Shown: positions 1-10,342 of the stretch, in pieces
How the letters are laid out: every line of letters begins with the position of its first letter
How positions within the stretch are numbered: the first letter of the stretch is position 1
Assembly (NCBI GenBank): GCA_963703445.1
Contig: CAVPEK010000002.1
Location: forward strand, 185,154-249,153
Direction of reading: 5' to 3'
Length of the DNA stretch: 64,000 nucleotides
Source: an uncultured Thermoleophilia bacterium
Lineage (GTDB): Bacteria > Actinomycetota > Thermoleophilia > Gaiellales > Gaiellaceae
Notes under the pieces: model-generated
Database searches by the model: none
The model's input: only the letters and a program-made list of their open reading frames with translations
Told to the model about the DNA's origin: nothing
Program-made: the position numbers and the translations under genes

Positions 1-590
1 ACCACGCCGGCTCCCGTCGCCTCGTGCCGGAAGAGAGAGCCGCCGATCGATACCGGCTTGCCGGTGACGATCTCCGGCACCGCGTAGCCCTTCTGCATCG
101 AGTACGTGTCCATCATCCACGCCATCGTCTGCTCACTCGTCGCCATGTCGGGCGCCGGGATGTCGAGCTCGGGCCCGATGAACGGCGCGAGCTCGGCGGT
201 GAAGCGGCGCGTGATGCGCGAGAGCTCGCCCTGAGAGAGGTTCCGCGCGTCGCAGCGCACGCCGCCCTTCGCCCCGCCGTACGGCAGGCGTAGCAGCGCG
301 CACTTCCACGTCATCCACATGGCGAGCGCCGCGCACTCGCCGAGATCGACGGCCAGGTCGTAGCGGATGCCGCCTTTCGTCGGTCCGAGCACCGACGAGT
401 GCTGGACGCGGTACGCAGGGAACATCTCGTACGTCCCGTCGTCCAACCGCACCGGCAGCGTGAGGATCACCGCGCGCTCGGGGCCGCGCAGCCGTTTGGC
501 GACGAAGTCCGGGATGTCCGCGAGCTCGAGCGCGTGGTTGAGCTGGGTCAGCGCCTGCTGGTAGAGCGGCGTGTCCCACTCGAGCTTCAT
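1..590 (-). CDS. gdhA: Glutamate dehydrogenase (Glu/Leu/Phe/Val dehydrogenase family), N-terminal ~196 aa. The rest lies outside the window.
   Basis: Own minus-strand translation from ATG at 590-588 gives MKLEWDTPLYQQALTQLNHALELADIPDFVAKRLRGPERAVILTLPVRLDDGTYEMFPAYRVQHSSVLGPTKGGIRYD...LRLPYGGAKGGVRCD. PTKGGIR and GGAKGG are family hallmarks. It is absent from the ORF track because it runs off the window edge. Confidence 0.85.
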   Translation of the reverse strand, partial: MKLEWDTPLYQQALTQLNHALELADIPDFVAKRLRGPERAVILTLPVRLDDGTYEMFPAYRVQHSSVLGPTKGGIRYDLAVDLGECAALAMWMTWKCALLRLPYGGAKGGVRCDARNLSQGELSRITRRFTAELAPFIGPELDIPAPDMATSEQTMAWMMDTYSMQKGYAVPEIVTGKPVSIGGSLFRHEATGAGV

Positions 591-631
591 CGCCGGATGA
601 ACGGCCTCGGCCACGGCCCGGAGGGTACGTG

Positions 632-652
632 AAAACGCAGTGAGGCCCTGCG
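632..652 (-). terminator. Weak candidate intrinsic terminator after the APH-like gene
   Basis: The minus strand reads CGCAG-ggcctca-CTGCG followed by TTTT. The stem is only 5 bp, and it lies directly after the stop at 658. Confidence 0.25.
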
Positions 653-657
653 GCGGC

Positions 658-1410
658 CTAGTCGAGGAGCGACGCCAGCAGCGCGAGCTCCTCCGGATCG
701 TCGGTCAGGATCGCCCCGCGGATGATCGCCCAGATGCGAATCCGCCGGTCGTCGAGCCCTGCGGCGACGAAGGCTGCGATCCGGCGCTCGGTCCGCTCGC
801 GGTCGATCATCCGGTAGAAGAGCGGGTTGCGCAGCCACGAGAACAGGTCGTACTCACGGTCGGAGAGGTAGGGCTTCGGGTCGATGGCGACGTACCGGCT
901 GCCGTGACGAAGGATGTTGTGATGGTGGAAGTCGCCGTGCACGAGCCACTCGTGCCCTGGCTCGAACGTCTCCCATAGTTCACGCGCGTACGGCGTCAGC
1001 GAGCTGACGTTCCCGTCGAGCCAGCGCGGGACCTCGTCGGCCACAGGCCGAAACGGCGGCCCCGCGCGGCGCCAGAGGCGCGTTGCGATGTCGACGGCAA
1101 CCGCGGTCGCCTCCTCCTCGGGCAGATCCGAGATGTCGCCGCCGGGGACTGCGCGCTCTTCCAGCAGAGCACGTCGTGCCCGATCCGCGCGATGCAACCG
1201 CACGGCGCCGTCGCCCGCCCAGAGCTCGAGCGCGTCGGCCTCGTCCAACGATTCGTCGTCACCCGCCCAGGCAACCTTCAGCACGCTGTTGTCGCCGGTG
1301 GGCGCGACGTACGAGAACCGTGACAGCTCGAACGGCTCACCGAGCTCGAGCCCCCAGTCTGCCGCGACCTCGTGCGCGACGCGCTTCGAGTCCGTCAAGT
1401 CGACCGCCAC
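658..1410 (-). CDS. Aminoglycoside/streptomycin-6-kinase-like phosphotransferase (APH fold)
   Basis: 250-aa ORF with the kinase catalytic-loop segment VHGDFHHHNIL and the downstream IDPKPY segment typical of APH(6)/StrA-like kinases. It has the same orientation as glgX and sits 96 nt downstream of it. Confidence 0.7.
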   Translation of the reverse strand: MAVDLTDSKRVAHEVAADWGLELGEPFELSRFSYVAPTGDNSVLKVAWAGDDESLDEADALELWAGDGAVRLHRADRARRALLEERAVPGGDISDLPEEEATAVAVDIATRLWRRAGPPFRPVADEVPRWLDGNVSSLTPYARELWETFEPGHEWLVHGDFHHHNILRHGSRYVAIDPKPYLSDREYDLFSWLRNPLFYRMIDRERTERRIAAFVAAGLDDRRIRIWAIIRGAILTDDPEELALLASLLD

Positions 1411-1506
1411 GCAGAGAGCTTAGGCGGGGCGTAACCAAGTGGGGCCGGGGCTGCGGCACCCCGACCCCAACAGCGAGGGTAACCGGAGCCGGGCCTCGGT
1501 GGGCTC

Positions 1507-3612
1507 TCAGGCGCGGCGGAAGAGAGCGAGCGACCGCGACTCGACCACCACGTCGCTCCCGGGAACGAGGCGCTCGTAGGCGCAGCTCCCGGTCGAGAGG
1601 ACGAGCTCCCAGTGGGTTCCGAAACGGCGAGCCGGGAGCCTGAAGGTGATCTCTTCGAAGAACGCGTTGAAAAGCACGAGGAACGAGTCGTCACGTACCT
1701 CTTCACCGGCGCGCGTCTCGGCTCCGAGCTCGTCACCGTTCAGGAAGATCCCGATCGCGCGCGACTCCGTGTTGTCCCAGTCGCGTCGGGTCATACGGCG
1801 ACCGTCGGGCCGCATCCACCACACGTCGGGCAGCTGCTCGCCGGTGCCGTCGAAGAACCTCGTGCGGCGGAAGACGGGATGCGCTCGGCGCAACTCGATC
1901 AGCCGGCGCGTGAATCCGAGCAGCCCCTCGTCACAGGCGTCCCAGTCGATCCACGAGATCTCGTTGTCCTGGCACCACGCGTTGTTGTTGCCGCGCTGCG
2001 TGCGTCCGATCTCGTCGCCACCGAGCACCATCGGGACGCCCTGCGACAGGAGCAGAGTTGCGAGAAAGTTCCGCTGCTGCCGCGCGCGCAGCGCGTTCAC
2101 CGACGGGTCGTCGGTCTCGCCCTCCGCCCCGCAGTTCCACGTGCGATTGTCGTCGGTTCCGTCTCGATTGTCCTCGCCGTTCGCCTCGTTGTGCTTCTCG
2201 TTGTACGAGACGAGATCCCGCAGCGTGAAGCCGTCGTGGGCGGTGATGAAGTTGACCGACGCGAATGGGCGCCGGCCGTCGGTCTGGTAGAGGTCGGCCG
2301 ACCCCCCGAAACGAGAGGCGAAATCTCGCAAGGGCGCCCGACCGCGCCAGAAGTCGCGCATGGTGTCGCGGTAGATGCCGTTCCACTCGGACCAGAGAAT
2401 CGGGAAGTTCCCGACCTGGTAGCCGCCCGGCCCGACGTCCCACGGCTCGGCGATCAGCTTCACCTGGGAGAGGATCGGATCCTGATGGATGATGTCGAAG
2501 AACGCCGAAAGCCTGTCGACCTCGTAGAGCTCCCGCGCGAGCGCCGATGCAAGGTCGAAGCGGAACCCGTCGACGTGACACTCGGTCACGAAGTACCGCA
2601 GCGAGTCCATGATCAGGCGCAGGACCGTCGGGTGGACCGGGTTGAGCGTGTTCCCCGTGCCGGTGTAGTCCATGTAGAACCGCGGGTCGTCCGGTACGAG
2701 CCGGTAATAGCTCTGGTTGTCGACACCGCGAAAACTCAGCATCGGGCCAAGGTGGTTTCCCTCGGCTGTGTGGTTGTAGACCACGTCGAGGATCACCTCG
2801 ATCCCGGCACGATGAAGTGCCTTCACGACCCCCTTGAACTCGCGCACCTGATCGGAAGTAGCCGCATACAGGGAGTGCGGAGCGAGATAGCCGATCGTCG
2901 AGTAGCCCCAGTAGTTGGTCAGCCCCCGGTCGTGCAGGAAGCCTTCGTCGACGATGTGGTGGATCGGCAGCAGCTCGACGGCGGTCACGCCGAGTGACTT
3001 GAGGTAGTCGATCGCGCCGCTGCTCGCCAGTCCGCCGTAGGTGCCGCGCAGGTCCTCACGGACCTGTTCGCGCAGCTTGGTGAAGCCCTTGACGTGCAGC
3101 TCGTAGATGACCGTCTCGTGCCAGGGCGTGCGCGGCCGCGTCCAGTCGTCGTCCTCCCAGTCGAACGCGGGATCGACCACGACGGAGCGAGGGATCGCGG
3201 GCGCGGAGTCGGTTTCGTCGATCGTCAAATCGGCGTCGTCACCGCCGCCCGGCACGTACGGCAGGGTGTTGGCGGCACGCCAGTCGACCGCTCCGTCGAT
3301 CGCCTTTGCATACGGATCGATGAGAAGCTTCGCTCCGTTGAACCGCCTTCCGGTCTTCGGGTCGTACGGGCCGTGGACGCGATAGCCGTAGTGCTGGCCC
3401 GGTCCGACACCCGGGAGGTAGCAATGCCAGTTGAACGCCGTGCGCTCCTGCAGCTCGATGCGCTCCTCCCTCCCATGCTCGTCGAAGAGGCAGAGCTCGA
3501 CGCGGTCGGCGTTCTCGGAGAAGAGAGAGAAGTTCGTCCCGTCCCCGTCCCATTCCGGGCCGAGCGGGAACGCCTGGCCGGGCCAGACCCGGCGATCGGG
3601 GGAGATCGCCAC
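1507..3612 (-). CDS. glgX: Glycogen debranching enzyme GlgX (GH13)
   Basis: Family-typical N-terminus VWPGQAFPLGPEWDGDGTNFSLFSE plus GH13 blocks (DVVYNHT, GFRFDLA, EPWD, FITAHDGFT). The ORF is open to 3693, but a GTG at 3612 lies 3 nt after the glgB stop and avoids a 79-nt overlap, so the start is uncertain. Confidence 0.9.
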   Translation of the reverse strand: MAISPDRRVWPGQAFPLGPEWDGDGTNFSLFSENADRVELCLFDEHGREERIELQERTAFNWHCYLPGVGPGQHYGYRVHGPYDPKTGRRFNGAKLLIDPYAKAIDGAVDWRAANTLPYVPGGGDDADLTIDETDSAPAIPRSVVVDPAFDWEDDDWTRPRTPWHETVIYELHVKGFTKLREQVREDLRGTYGGLASSGAIDYLKSLGVTAVELLPIHHIVDEGFLHDRGLTNYWGYSTIGYLAPHSLYAATSDQVREFKGVVKALHRAGIEVILDVVYNHTAEGNHLGPMLSFRGVDNQSYYRLVPDDPRFYMDYTGTGNTLNPVHPTVLRLIMDSLRYFVTECHVDGFRFDLASALARELYEVDRLSAFFDIIHQDPILSQVKLIAEPWDVGPGGYQVGNFPILWSEWNGIYRDTMRDFWRGRAPLRDFASRFGGSADLYQTDGRRPFASVNFITAHDGFTLRDLVSYNEKHNEANGEDNRDGTDDNRTWNCGAEGETDDPSVNALRARQQRNFLATLLLSQGVPMVLGGDEIGRTQRGNNNAWCQDNEISWIDWDACDEGLLGFTRRLIELRRAHPVFRRTRFFDGTGEQLPDVWWMRPDGRRMTRRDWDNTESRAIGIFLNGDELGAETRAGEEVRDDSFLVLFNAFFEEITFRLPARRFGTHWELVLSTGSCAYERLVPGSDVVVESRSLALFRRA

Positions 3613-3614
3613 GA

Positions 3615-5477
3615 TCAGGCGGTGGCGGGCCGGAGCCAGATGACCGACAGCGGCGGCAGCGTCAACGAGACCGAGCACGGCTGCCCGTGCCACGGCTGCG
3701 CCTCCGCGGTCACCTCACCGAGGTTCCCGACACCGGTGCCGCCGTAGTAGGAGGAGTCCGTGTTCAGCAGCTCCGACCACGTGCCCTCGACCGGCAAGCC
3801 GACGCGGTAGCTCTCACGCGGGACCGGCGAGAGGTTGGCGATGCAGACGATCTGGCGCTTCCCGTCCCTCGACAGCCGCGCGAACACGAGCACGTTGTTG
3901 AGGGCGTCGTTCGGCTCGATCCAGCGAAAGCCCTCCGGTGCGAAGTCGACCTCCCAGAGCGCCGGCTCCTCGAGATACACGCGGTTCAGGTCGCGCAACA
4001 GATCGCGTATGCCGGCGTGCTCGCCGTGCTCGAGCAGCCACCACGGCAGCTCGTCGTCATGCGACCACTCCCACGGGCTCCCGAGCTCGCCGCCCATGAA
4101 CAAGAGCTTCTTGCCGGGATGAGCCCACATGTAGGCGTACAGCGCCCGTAGGTTGGCGAGCTGCTGCCAGCGGTCGCCCGGCATCTTCGAGAGCAACGAG
4201 CCCTTGCCGTGCACGACCTCGTCGTGCGAGAGCGGCAGCATGAAGTTCTCGTTCCACGCGTAGACGAGCGAGAACGTCAGCTCGTGGTGATGGAAGCGGC
4301 GATGGATCGGATCGTGCTGGAAGTACCCGAGTGTGTCGTGCATCCAGCCGAGGTTCCACTTGAGCCCGAACCCGAGCCCGCCGAGGTACGTGGGCCGCGA
4401 GACGCCTGGCCACGCCGTCGACTCTTCCGCAGCGGAGATGACGCCGGGCTCGCGCGCGTGCACGAGCTCGTTCAGCTCTTTCAGGAACGCGACGGCGTCG
4501 AGATCCTCCCGGCCACCGAACTGATTCGGGACCCACTCGTCCGGCTTCCTGGAGTAGTCCAGGTAGAGCATCGACGCGACCGCGTCGACCCTGAGGCCGT
4601 CGGCGTGGTACTCGCGCAGCCAGAAGAGCGCATTCGCGAGCAAGAAGTTCTGCACCTCGGTCCGACCGAGGTTGAAGACGAGCGTTCCCCAGTCGGGATG
4701 CGCACCGCGACGCGGGTCCGCGTGCTCGTACAGCGCGGTGCCGTCGAACCGCGCCAGCGCCCATTCGTCGCGCGGGAAATGGGCAGGCACCCAGTCGAGC
4801 AGGACACCGATCCCGTTCGCGTGCAGGTGGTCGACGAAGTAGCGGAAGTCGTCGGGAGAGCCGAGCGTCGAGAGCGTCGCGTAGTAGCCCGTCACCTGAT
4901 AGCCCCACGAGCCCGAGTAGGGGTGGTGCATGACCGGCAGGAGCTCGACGTGCGTGAAACCGAGGTCGCGAACGTACGGCGCCAGCTGATCCGCGAGCTC
5001 ACGCCACCCAAGGCCCTTCCGCCAGGACGGCGCGTGCACCTCGTACACCGTCATCGGCCGCTCGAGCGGCTCCTGCTCGCGCCGGTCGTCGATCCACTTC
5101 CCGTCCTGCCACGTGTGCTCCGACCGGAAGACGACCGACGCGGTCTTCGGCGGGACCTCGGCCTCGAAGGCGAGCGGGTCGGCCTTCTCGTGCCCGTCCA
5201 GGTGGAACTTGTAGCGCTGGCCGATCACCGCGCCCGGCGCGATGCCCTCCCAGATCCCGGTCTCCTCGACGGGGCTCAGCCGGTCGGCGACGGGATCCCA
5301 GTCGTTGAAGTCGCCGACCACGCTGACGTAGGCGGCGTTGGGCGCCCAGACTGCAAAACGCACACCACCGTCGACCGCATGCGCTCCGAGCTTCGCGTAG
5401 AGCTCCTCGTGGCGTCCGGCCCGCGCCAGCCAGATGTCGAGCTCACCGAACGCCGACCCGGCCTTGGGCCGCGTCAC
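3615..5477 (-). CDS. glgB: 1,4-alpha-glucan branching enzyme GlgB
   Basis: GH13 branching-enzyme blocks are present (VLLDWVPAHF, GLRVDAVASMLY, EESTAWP, LSHDEVVHGK). The ORF track extends to 6458 through an Arg-rich stretch that overlaps mak. The in-frame GTG at 5477 overlaps the mak stop (GTGA) and is the likely start. Confidence 0.9.
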   Translation of the reverse strand: MTRPKAGSAFGELDIWLARAGRHEELYAKLGAHAVDGGVRFAVWAPNAAYVSVVGDFNDWDPVADRLSPVEETGIWEGIAPGAVIGQRYKFHLDGHEKADPLAFEAEVPPKTASVVFRSEHTWQDGKWIDDRREQEPLERPMTVYEVHAPSWRKGLGWRELADQLAPYVRDLGFTHVELLPVMHHPYSGSWGYQVTGYYATLSTLGSPDDFRYFVDHLHANGIGVLLDWVPAHFPRDEWALARFDGTALYEHADPRRGAHPDWGTLVFNLGRTEVQNFLLANALFWLREYHADGLRVDAVASMLYLDYSRKPDEWVPNQFGGREDLDAVAFLKELNELVHAREPGVISAAEESTAWPGVSRPTYLGGLGFGLKWNLGWMHDTLGYFQHDPIHRRFHHHELTFSLVYAWNENFMLPLSHDEVVHGKGSLLSKMPGDRWQQLANLRALYAYMWAHPGKKLLFMGGELGSPWEWSHDDELPWWLLEHGEHAGIRDLLRDLNRVYLEEPALWEVDFAPEGFRWIEPNDALNNVLVFARLSRDGKRQIVCIANLSPVPRESYRVGLPVEGTWSELLNTDSSYYGGTGVGNLGEVTAEAQPWHGQPCSVSLTLPPLSVIWLRPATA

Positions 5478-6778
5478 ACCGGCACGTCCTCTGCCAACAT
5501 GCGCTCGATCCCGGCAACGGGGATCCCCACCCAGTCGGGTCGGTTGTTGAGCTCGTAGCGCAGCTCGTACACCGCCTTCTCCAACTCGAACACACTCAGC
5601 AGCCTGTCCATTCCGCTGCCGGACGGAACAAGCGACTGTTCGACGGCCGCGCGGTAACCGGCAAGAAACTGCGCGCGAGCCTGCTCCTCCCAGCCGGCCG
5701 GCGGCTCGACGCCGTGGAGCAGCGGGCTCGCCGACGCGGCGTAGGCGAACGAACGCAGCATCCCGGCCACGTCGCGCAGAGGGCTCCGCTTGCGACGCCG
5801 CTCCGGCAGTGATCGTGCAGGTTCGCCCTCGAAGTCGAGGATCACCCAGTCGTCGCCGGCCCACAGGGTCTGCCCGAGATGAAAATCGCCGTGGTGGCGA
5901 ATCACGCGGCCGGCGCCTCCGAGGTTCGTGAGCATGCGCAGCCGTTCCCGCACCTCCTCGCCGCGCCCGCGAATCGGGTCGAGCTCCGGCACGTCGTCGG
6001 GCAGGCTGAGGAAGACCGACTCGATCTCCTCGTCGACCGTGGCGGTGAGCAGGCCGAGCGACTCGATCGACGTCTCCTCGGGAGAGAAGCTCGGGTCGCG
6101 CGAGTCGGAGCCGAGAATCGAGTGCATGCGGCCCGTCACCTCGCCGAGGCGGCGCGTGCTGGCGATGAAGTCGTCCGTGCCGCCGCTCATCGTCTCGAGC
6201 GCGTGCGCCCAGCCGTCGTGGCCGCCGACGAACCGCTGCATGATCCCGAGCGTCACGTCCATCTGGCGCCCTGCGTAGGAGTACCAGCCGACGAGCTGCG
6301 CGATGTTCTCGAAACCGTGCTCGGTGAGGAAACGCAGCAGCTCGAGCTCGGGATTGATTCCGGCCTCGAGCCGCCGGAAGACCTTGAGGATCAACTCGTC
6401 GTCGAACACGATCGACGTGTTCGACTGCTCGGCCCCGACCGGACGCGCTTCGCGCCATTCATCGGCGAACCCCGACACCGCGGCGAACTCGACGGTGCCG
6501 TCCGTCCCCGGCAGCTTGACGCCCCGGCGCATCATCGTCACGAGCTCGCGGACGTTCCGGGGATCGACGAGCGCGTCGAGCGTGTCGTCCGCCAGAAGCT
6601 GATACGTCTCGTGCATCCCGGTGTCGAACCGGATCTCGACGAGGAGCAGCTCGAGCCGCGGACCTTCCTCACGCAGGACTACACGGTCGACGATCTGCGA
6701 GTGCGAGACGTCCTTCGTCTTCGAGGCGTACCACCGCTGGCTCGTGACGAAGTCGATGAGCTCTTGTTCTGTCGTCAT
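5474..6778 (-). CDS. mak: Maltokinase (Mak/Pep2), which makes maltose-1-phosphate
   Basis: 434 aa starting [20 protein letters not shown], with the kinase loop [12 protein letters not shown]. Its ATG overlaps the treS stop (ATGA at 6775-6778). The position between treS and glgB is typical of the GlgE pathway. Confidence 0.85.
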   Translation of the reverse strand: MTTEQELIDFVTSQRWYASKTKDVSHSQIVDRVVLREEGPRLELLLVEIRFDTGMHETYQLLADDTLDALVDPRNVRELVTMMRRGVKLPGTDGTVEFAAVSGFADEWREARPVGAEQSNTSIVFDDELILKVFRRLEAGINPELELLRFLTEHGFENIAQLVGWYSYAGRQMDVTLGIMQRFVGGHDGWAHALETMSGGTDDFIASTRRLGEVTGRMHSILGSDSRDPSFSPEETSIESLGLLTATVDEEIESVFLSLPDDVPELDPIRGRGEEVRERLRMLTNLGGAGRVIRHHGDFHLGQTLWAGDDWVILDFEGEPARSLPERRRKRSPLRDVAGMLRSFAYAASASPLLHGVEPPAGWEEQARAQFLAGYRAAVEQSLVPSGSGMDRLLSVFELEKAVYELRYELNNRPDWVGIPVAGIERMLAEDVPV

Positions 6779-8460
6779 TCCGCGTCGTCCCTCTTGAGCT
6801 GGAACCAGAAGAACCCTCGCGGCGCCATCGTCAGCAGGTACGGGAGCTCACCGATGCGAGGGAAGCGCGTGCGGCCGAACATCTCTTCGGGGACGAAGCC
6901 TTCCCAGCGCGAGAGATCGAGCTCGACGGCCTGCGCCGACCGGGCCAGGTTGTGGACGCAGAGCACGATGTCGTCCTCGTAGGTGCGCACGTGCGCGAAG
7001 ATGCGCGGATTCTCGGGCCGCAACGCCTCGTAGGTGCCGAGCCCGAACACCGGATGGTCCTTGCGGAGCGCGATCAGGCGATGCAGCCAACGCAGCAGCG
7101 AGTTCGGCTGCCGCAGCTGCGCCTCGATGTTGACCGCCTGGAAGCCGTACACCGGGTCCATGAGCGGCGGCAGATAGAGCTGCTGGAAGTCGGCGCGCGA
7201 AAAGCCGCCGTTCCGGTCGCCGGTCCACTGCATCGGGGTGCGCACTCCGTCGCGGTCGCCGAGGAAGATGTTGTCGCCCATTCCGATCTCGTCTCCGTAG
7301 TAGAGGACGGGCGAGCCCGGGAGCGAGAACAGAATCGCGTGCATCAACTGGATCTCGTCCCGTCCATTGTCCAGCAAGGGTGCGAGGCGGCGCCGAATAC
7401 CGAGGTTCAGCTTCATCCGCGGGTCCTTGGCGTACTCCTCGTAGAGGTAGTCGCGCTCGTCGTCGGTCACCATCTCGAGCGTCAACTCGTCGTGGTTGCG
7501 GAGAAAGAGGCCCCACTGCGCGTTGTCGGGGATCGGCGGCGTCGACTCGAGGATCTCGACCATCGGCAGCGCATCCTCGCGGCGGATCGCCATGAACATG
7601 CGCGGCATGACCGGGAAGTGGAAAGCCATGTGGCACTCGTCACCGTCGCCGAAGTACTGCACGACATCGGCAGGCCACTGATTCGCCTCGGCCAGCAGGA
7701 CGCGATCCGTATAGCGCGCATCGACCTCGCTGCGCACCCGCCGCAGGAACGCGTGCGTCTCCGGCAGGTTCTCGCCGTTCGTGCCGTCGCGTTCGTAGAG
7801 GTAGGGCACGGCGTCGAGCCGGAAGCCGTCCAGCCCCAGGTCGAGCCAGAAGCGGAGCACGTTCAGCATCTGCTCCTGCACCTCGGGGTTGTCGTAGTTC
7901 AGGTCTGGCTGGTGGCTGAAGAACCGATGCCAGTAGTACTGACCGCGCACCGGATCCCACGTCCAGTTCGACGGCTCGGTGTCCAGGAAGATGATGCGGG
8001 CTTCGCTCCAGCGCGTATCGTCGTCGCCCCAGACGTACCAGTCGCCGTACGGCCCGCTCGGATCGGTACGACTCTCCTGGAACCAAGGATGGTCGGCCGA
8101 CGTGTGGTTCATGACGAGATCGGCGATCACCCGCATCCCCCGCTGATGTGCCTGGTCGACGAAGAACGTGAAGTCCTCGATGTTGCCGTAGTCCGGGTGG
8201 ATGCCGAAGAAGTCGGCGATGTCATAGCCGCCGTCACGGAGCGGGCTCGGAAACGCCGGGAGCAGCCACAGGCAGTCGACGCCGAGCCACTGCAGATAGT
8301 CGAGCTTCTCGGCGAGGCCCCGGAAATCCCCGGAGCCGTCGTCGTTGCCGTCGTAGAACCCGCGCAGGTGGATCTCGTAGAAGACGGCCTTCTTGAACCA
8401 GAGCGGATCGCGCTCGAACCAGTTTGCCGGGTCGGTCATACCCGCTCCGGCGCCGGCCAA
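6775..8460 (-). CDS. treS: Trehalose synthase / maltose alpha-D-glucosyltransferase TreS
   Basis: The sequence runs [67 protein letters not shown]...DLVMNHTS...[10 protein letters not shown]...[11 protein letters not shown], closely resembling mycobacterial TreS as I recall it. It is not fused to mak here. Confidence 0.92.
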   Translation of the reverse strand: MAGAGAGMTDPANWFERDPLWFKKAVFYEIHLRGFYDGNDDGSGDFRGLAEKLDYLQWLGVDCLWLLPAFPSPLRDGGYDIADFFGIHPDYGNIEDFTFFVDQAHQRGMRVIADLVMNHTSADHPWFQESRTDPSGPYGDWYVWGDDDTRWSEARIIFLDTEPSNWTWDPVRGQYYWHRFFSHQPDLNYDNPEVQEQMLNVLRFWLDLGLDGFRLDAVPYLYERDGTNGENLPETHAFLRRVRSEVDARYTDRVLLAEANQWPADVVQYFGDGDECHMAFHFPVMPRMFMAIRREDALPMVEILESTPPIPDNAQWGLFLRNHDELTLEMVTDDERDYLYEEYAKDPRMKLNLGIRRRLAPLLDNGRDEIQLMHAILFSLPGSPVLYYGDEIGMGDNIFLGDRDGVRTPMQWTGDRNGGFSRADFQQLYLPPLMDPVYGFQAVNIEAQLRQPNSLLRWLHRLIALRKDHPVFGLGTYEALRPENPRIFAHVRTYEDDIVLCVHNLARSAQAVELDLSRWEGFVPEEMFGRTRFPRIGELPYLLTMAPRGFFWFQLKRDDAE

Positions 8461-8503
8461 GCCGGCGCCTCCGCTTCCTGGCCGACTCCGCCGAGCCTGC
8501 GCC

Positions 8504-10342
8504 TCATCTCTTGGTGTCCGCTTTGATCAGGTGGGCCTTTCCGGGGCCGAGCTTGACGTAGTTGCGACCGACGCGCCAAGTGAAGTCGCGCTCTTCCAAC
8601 AGATCGTGCGCATCGAACGCCGGCGGTACGCCGAGCGCGACCGGGATTACGCACACTCCCTCCTGCTCTGTGAACGGATCGATGTTCACGATGCAGATGA
8701 CGTCGTCCTTGGCGAACGCGATCAGTTGATCGTTCTCCGTCTCGAGCCAGCGGAGGTTGTCGAGCCGTTGCAGCGCAGGCTCGGCGCGCCGAACTTCGTT
8801 CAGGCGCTGGATGAGCGGCAGCAGGGGGCCGTCGAGCGCGCGCTGCTTGACCTCGTACTTCTCGGAGTCGAGGTATTCCTCGGAGCCGTTCGAGACGGCC
8901 CTGTTCTCGAACGACTCGAACCCGGAGTAGATGCCGTACGAGGGCGAGATGGTCGCCGCCAGCACGAGACGCGCCTCGAAGGCGGCCGGCCCACCTACCT
9001 GCAGGTACTCGTGCAGGATGTCCGGCGTGTTGACGAACGCGTTCGGCCGGTAGAACTCCGACCACGCGCGCAACTGCTCGGCGTACTCGACGAGCTCCGG
9101 CTTCGTGTTCTTCCACGTGAAGTAGGTGTAGCTCTGGGCAAACCCCAGCTTCGCGAGCGTCGTCATCATCGACGGACGCGTGAATGCCTCCGCGAGAAAG
9201 ATCACCTCGGGATGCTCGCGGCGAACCTCGGCGATCAGCCACTCCCAGAACGCCGCCGGCTTGGTGTGCGGGTTGTCGACGCGGAACACGGTGATCCCCC
9301 GCTCGACCCAGTGGAGAACGACGTCGCACAACGCCTGCCAGAGCGCGCGCCAGTCGTCGGACTCGAAGTTGACGTTGTAGATGTCCTGGTAGCGCTTCGG
9401 CGGGTTCTCCGCGTACTTGAGCGTCCCGTCGGGCCGCCGGTAGAACCACTCCGGGTGCTCCTGCAGCCACGGATGATCGGGTGAGCACTGGATCGCGAAA
9501 TCGAGCGCGAGCTCGAGACCGGCGGCCCGCGCGGCAACGACCATGGCGTCGAAGTCGTCCCACGTGCCGAGCTCAGGACTGATCGCATCGTGGCCGCCCT
9601 CGGCCGAGCCGATCGCCCACGGAGAACCGACGTCACCCGGCTCGGCGCTGACGGCGTTGTTGCGACCCTTGCGGTTCACGACCCCGATCGGGTGGACGGG
9701 CGGCAGGTAGACGACGTCGAAGCCGAGACCGGCGAGGTCCGGGAGCGCTGCGGCGACCCCGCGGAAGCCGCCCCACGAACGCGGGAACAGCTCGTACCAG
9801 GCGCCGAAACGCGCGAGCTCACGATCGACGTCGACCGACAGCGCGGCCGACACGATCTCGCCGTCACGGTCGCCCGCTTCCGCCGCCAGCCCCTCGGCGA
9901 GCGTCGGCACGCGGCCTCCGAGCAGCTCTGCACCCTCGGACAGCTCCGCGGCAAAGTCCTCCTGCCCGGCGTCCGCCTTCCGCCTCAGCTCGTCCTGCCA
10001 GGTGGCGATGCGATCGGTCCAGGCGGCGATGCGGAACTCCCAGCGCCCGGGCCGGTCGACGGTGAACGTCCCGGCCCAGCGGTCGTTGCCGAGCTGCGAA
10101 AGCGGTTCTTCACGCCAGCGCGCTTCACCGGGCCGGCGCACGCGAACGGCGCCGCCGAGCGTGTCGTGCCCGTCCTTGAAGACGGTCGCATAGACCTCGA
10201 CGACGTCGCCAACCGTGCGCTTTACCGCATAGCGGCCGCAGTCGAGCACCGGCTCGACCGCCTGGATCAGGATGCGTGGCTGGGGGCTCTTGGGAATGGG
10301 CACCGTGTGAGATTGTCCGTCGTCGGGTCGTCCTGAACACAT
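8504..10342 (-). CDS. glgE: Alpha-1,4-glucan:maltose-1-phosphate maltosyltransferase GlgE
   Basis: The segments [42 protein letters not shown] and EYLDSEKYE match the GlgE family. The start could instead be the GTG at 10303. Confidence 0.9.
   Translation of the reverse strand: MCSGRPDDGQSHTVPIPKSPQPRILIQAVEPVLDCGRYAVKRTVGDVVEVYATVFKDGHDTLGGAVRVRRPGEARWREEPLSQLGNDRWAGTFTVDRPGRWEFRIAAWTDRIATWQDELRRKADAGQEDFAAELSEGAELLGGRVPTLAEGLAAEAGDRDGEIVSAALSVDVDRELARFGAWYELFPRSWGGFRGVAAALPDLAGLGFDVVYLPPVHPIGVVNRKGRNNAVSAEPGDVGSPWAIGSAEGGHDAISPELGTWDDFDAMVVAARAAGLELALDFAIQCSPDHPWLQEHPEWFYRRPDGTLKYAENPPKRYQDIYNVNFESDDWRALWQALCDVVLHWVERGITVFRVDNPHTKPAAFWEWLIAEVRREHPEVIFLAEAFTRPSMMTTLAKLGFAQSYTYFTWKNTKPELVEYAEQLRAWSEFYRPNAFVNTPDILHEYLQVGGPAAFEARLVLAATISPSYGIYSGFESFENRAVSNGSEEYLDSEKYEVKQRALDGPLLPLIQRLNEVRRAEPALQRLDNLRWLETENDQLIAFAKDDVICIVNIDPFTEQEGVCVIPVALGVPPAFDAHDLLEERDFTWRVGRNYVKLGPGKAHLIKADTKR

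Noticed and set aside
133-579. 148-aa minus-strand ORF and other short ORFs in the first 640 bp
   Set aside because: They are alternative frames of the glutamate dehydrogenase gene, whose own frame gives an unmistakable family match.
5478-6458. N-terminal 327-aa extension of the glgB ORF (947 aa in the track)
   Set aside because: The extension is extremely Arg-rich and fully overlaps the well-supported maltokinase gene in another frame. The GTG at 5477 gives a normal GlgB.
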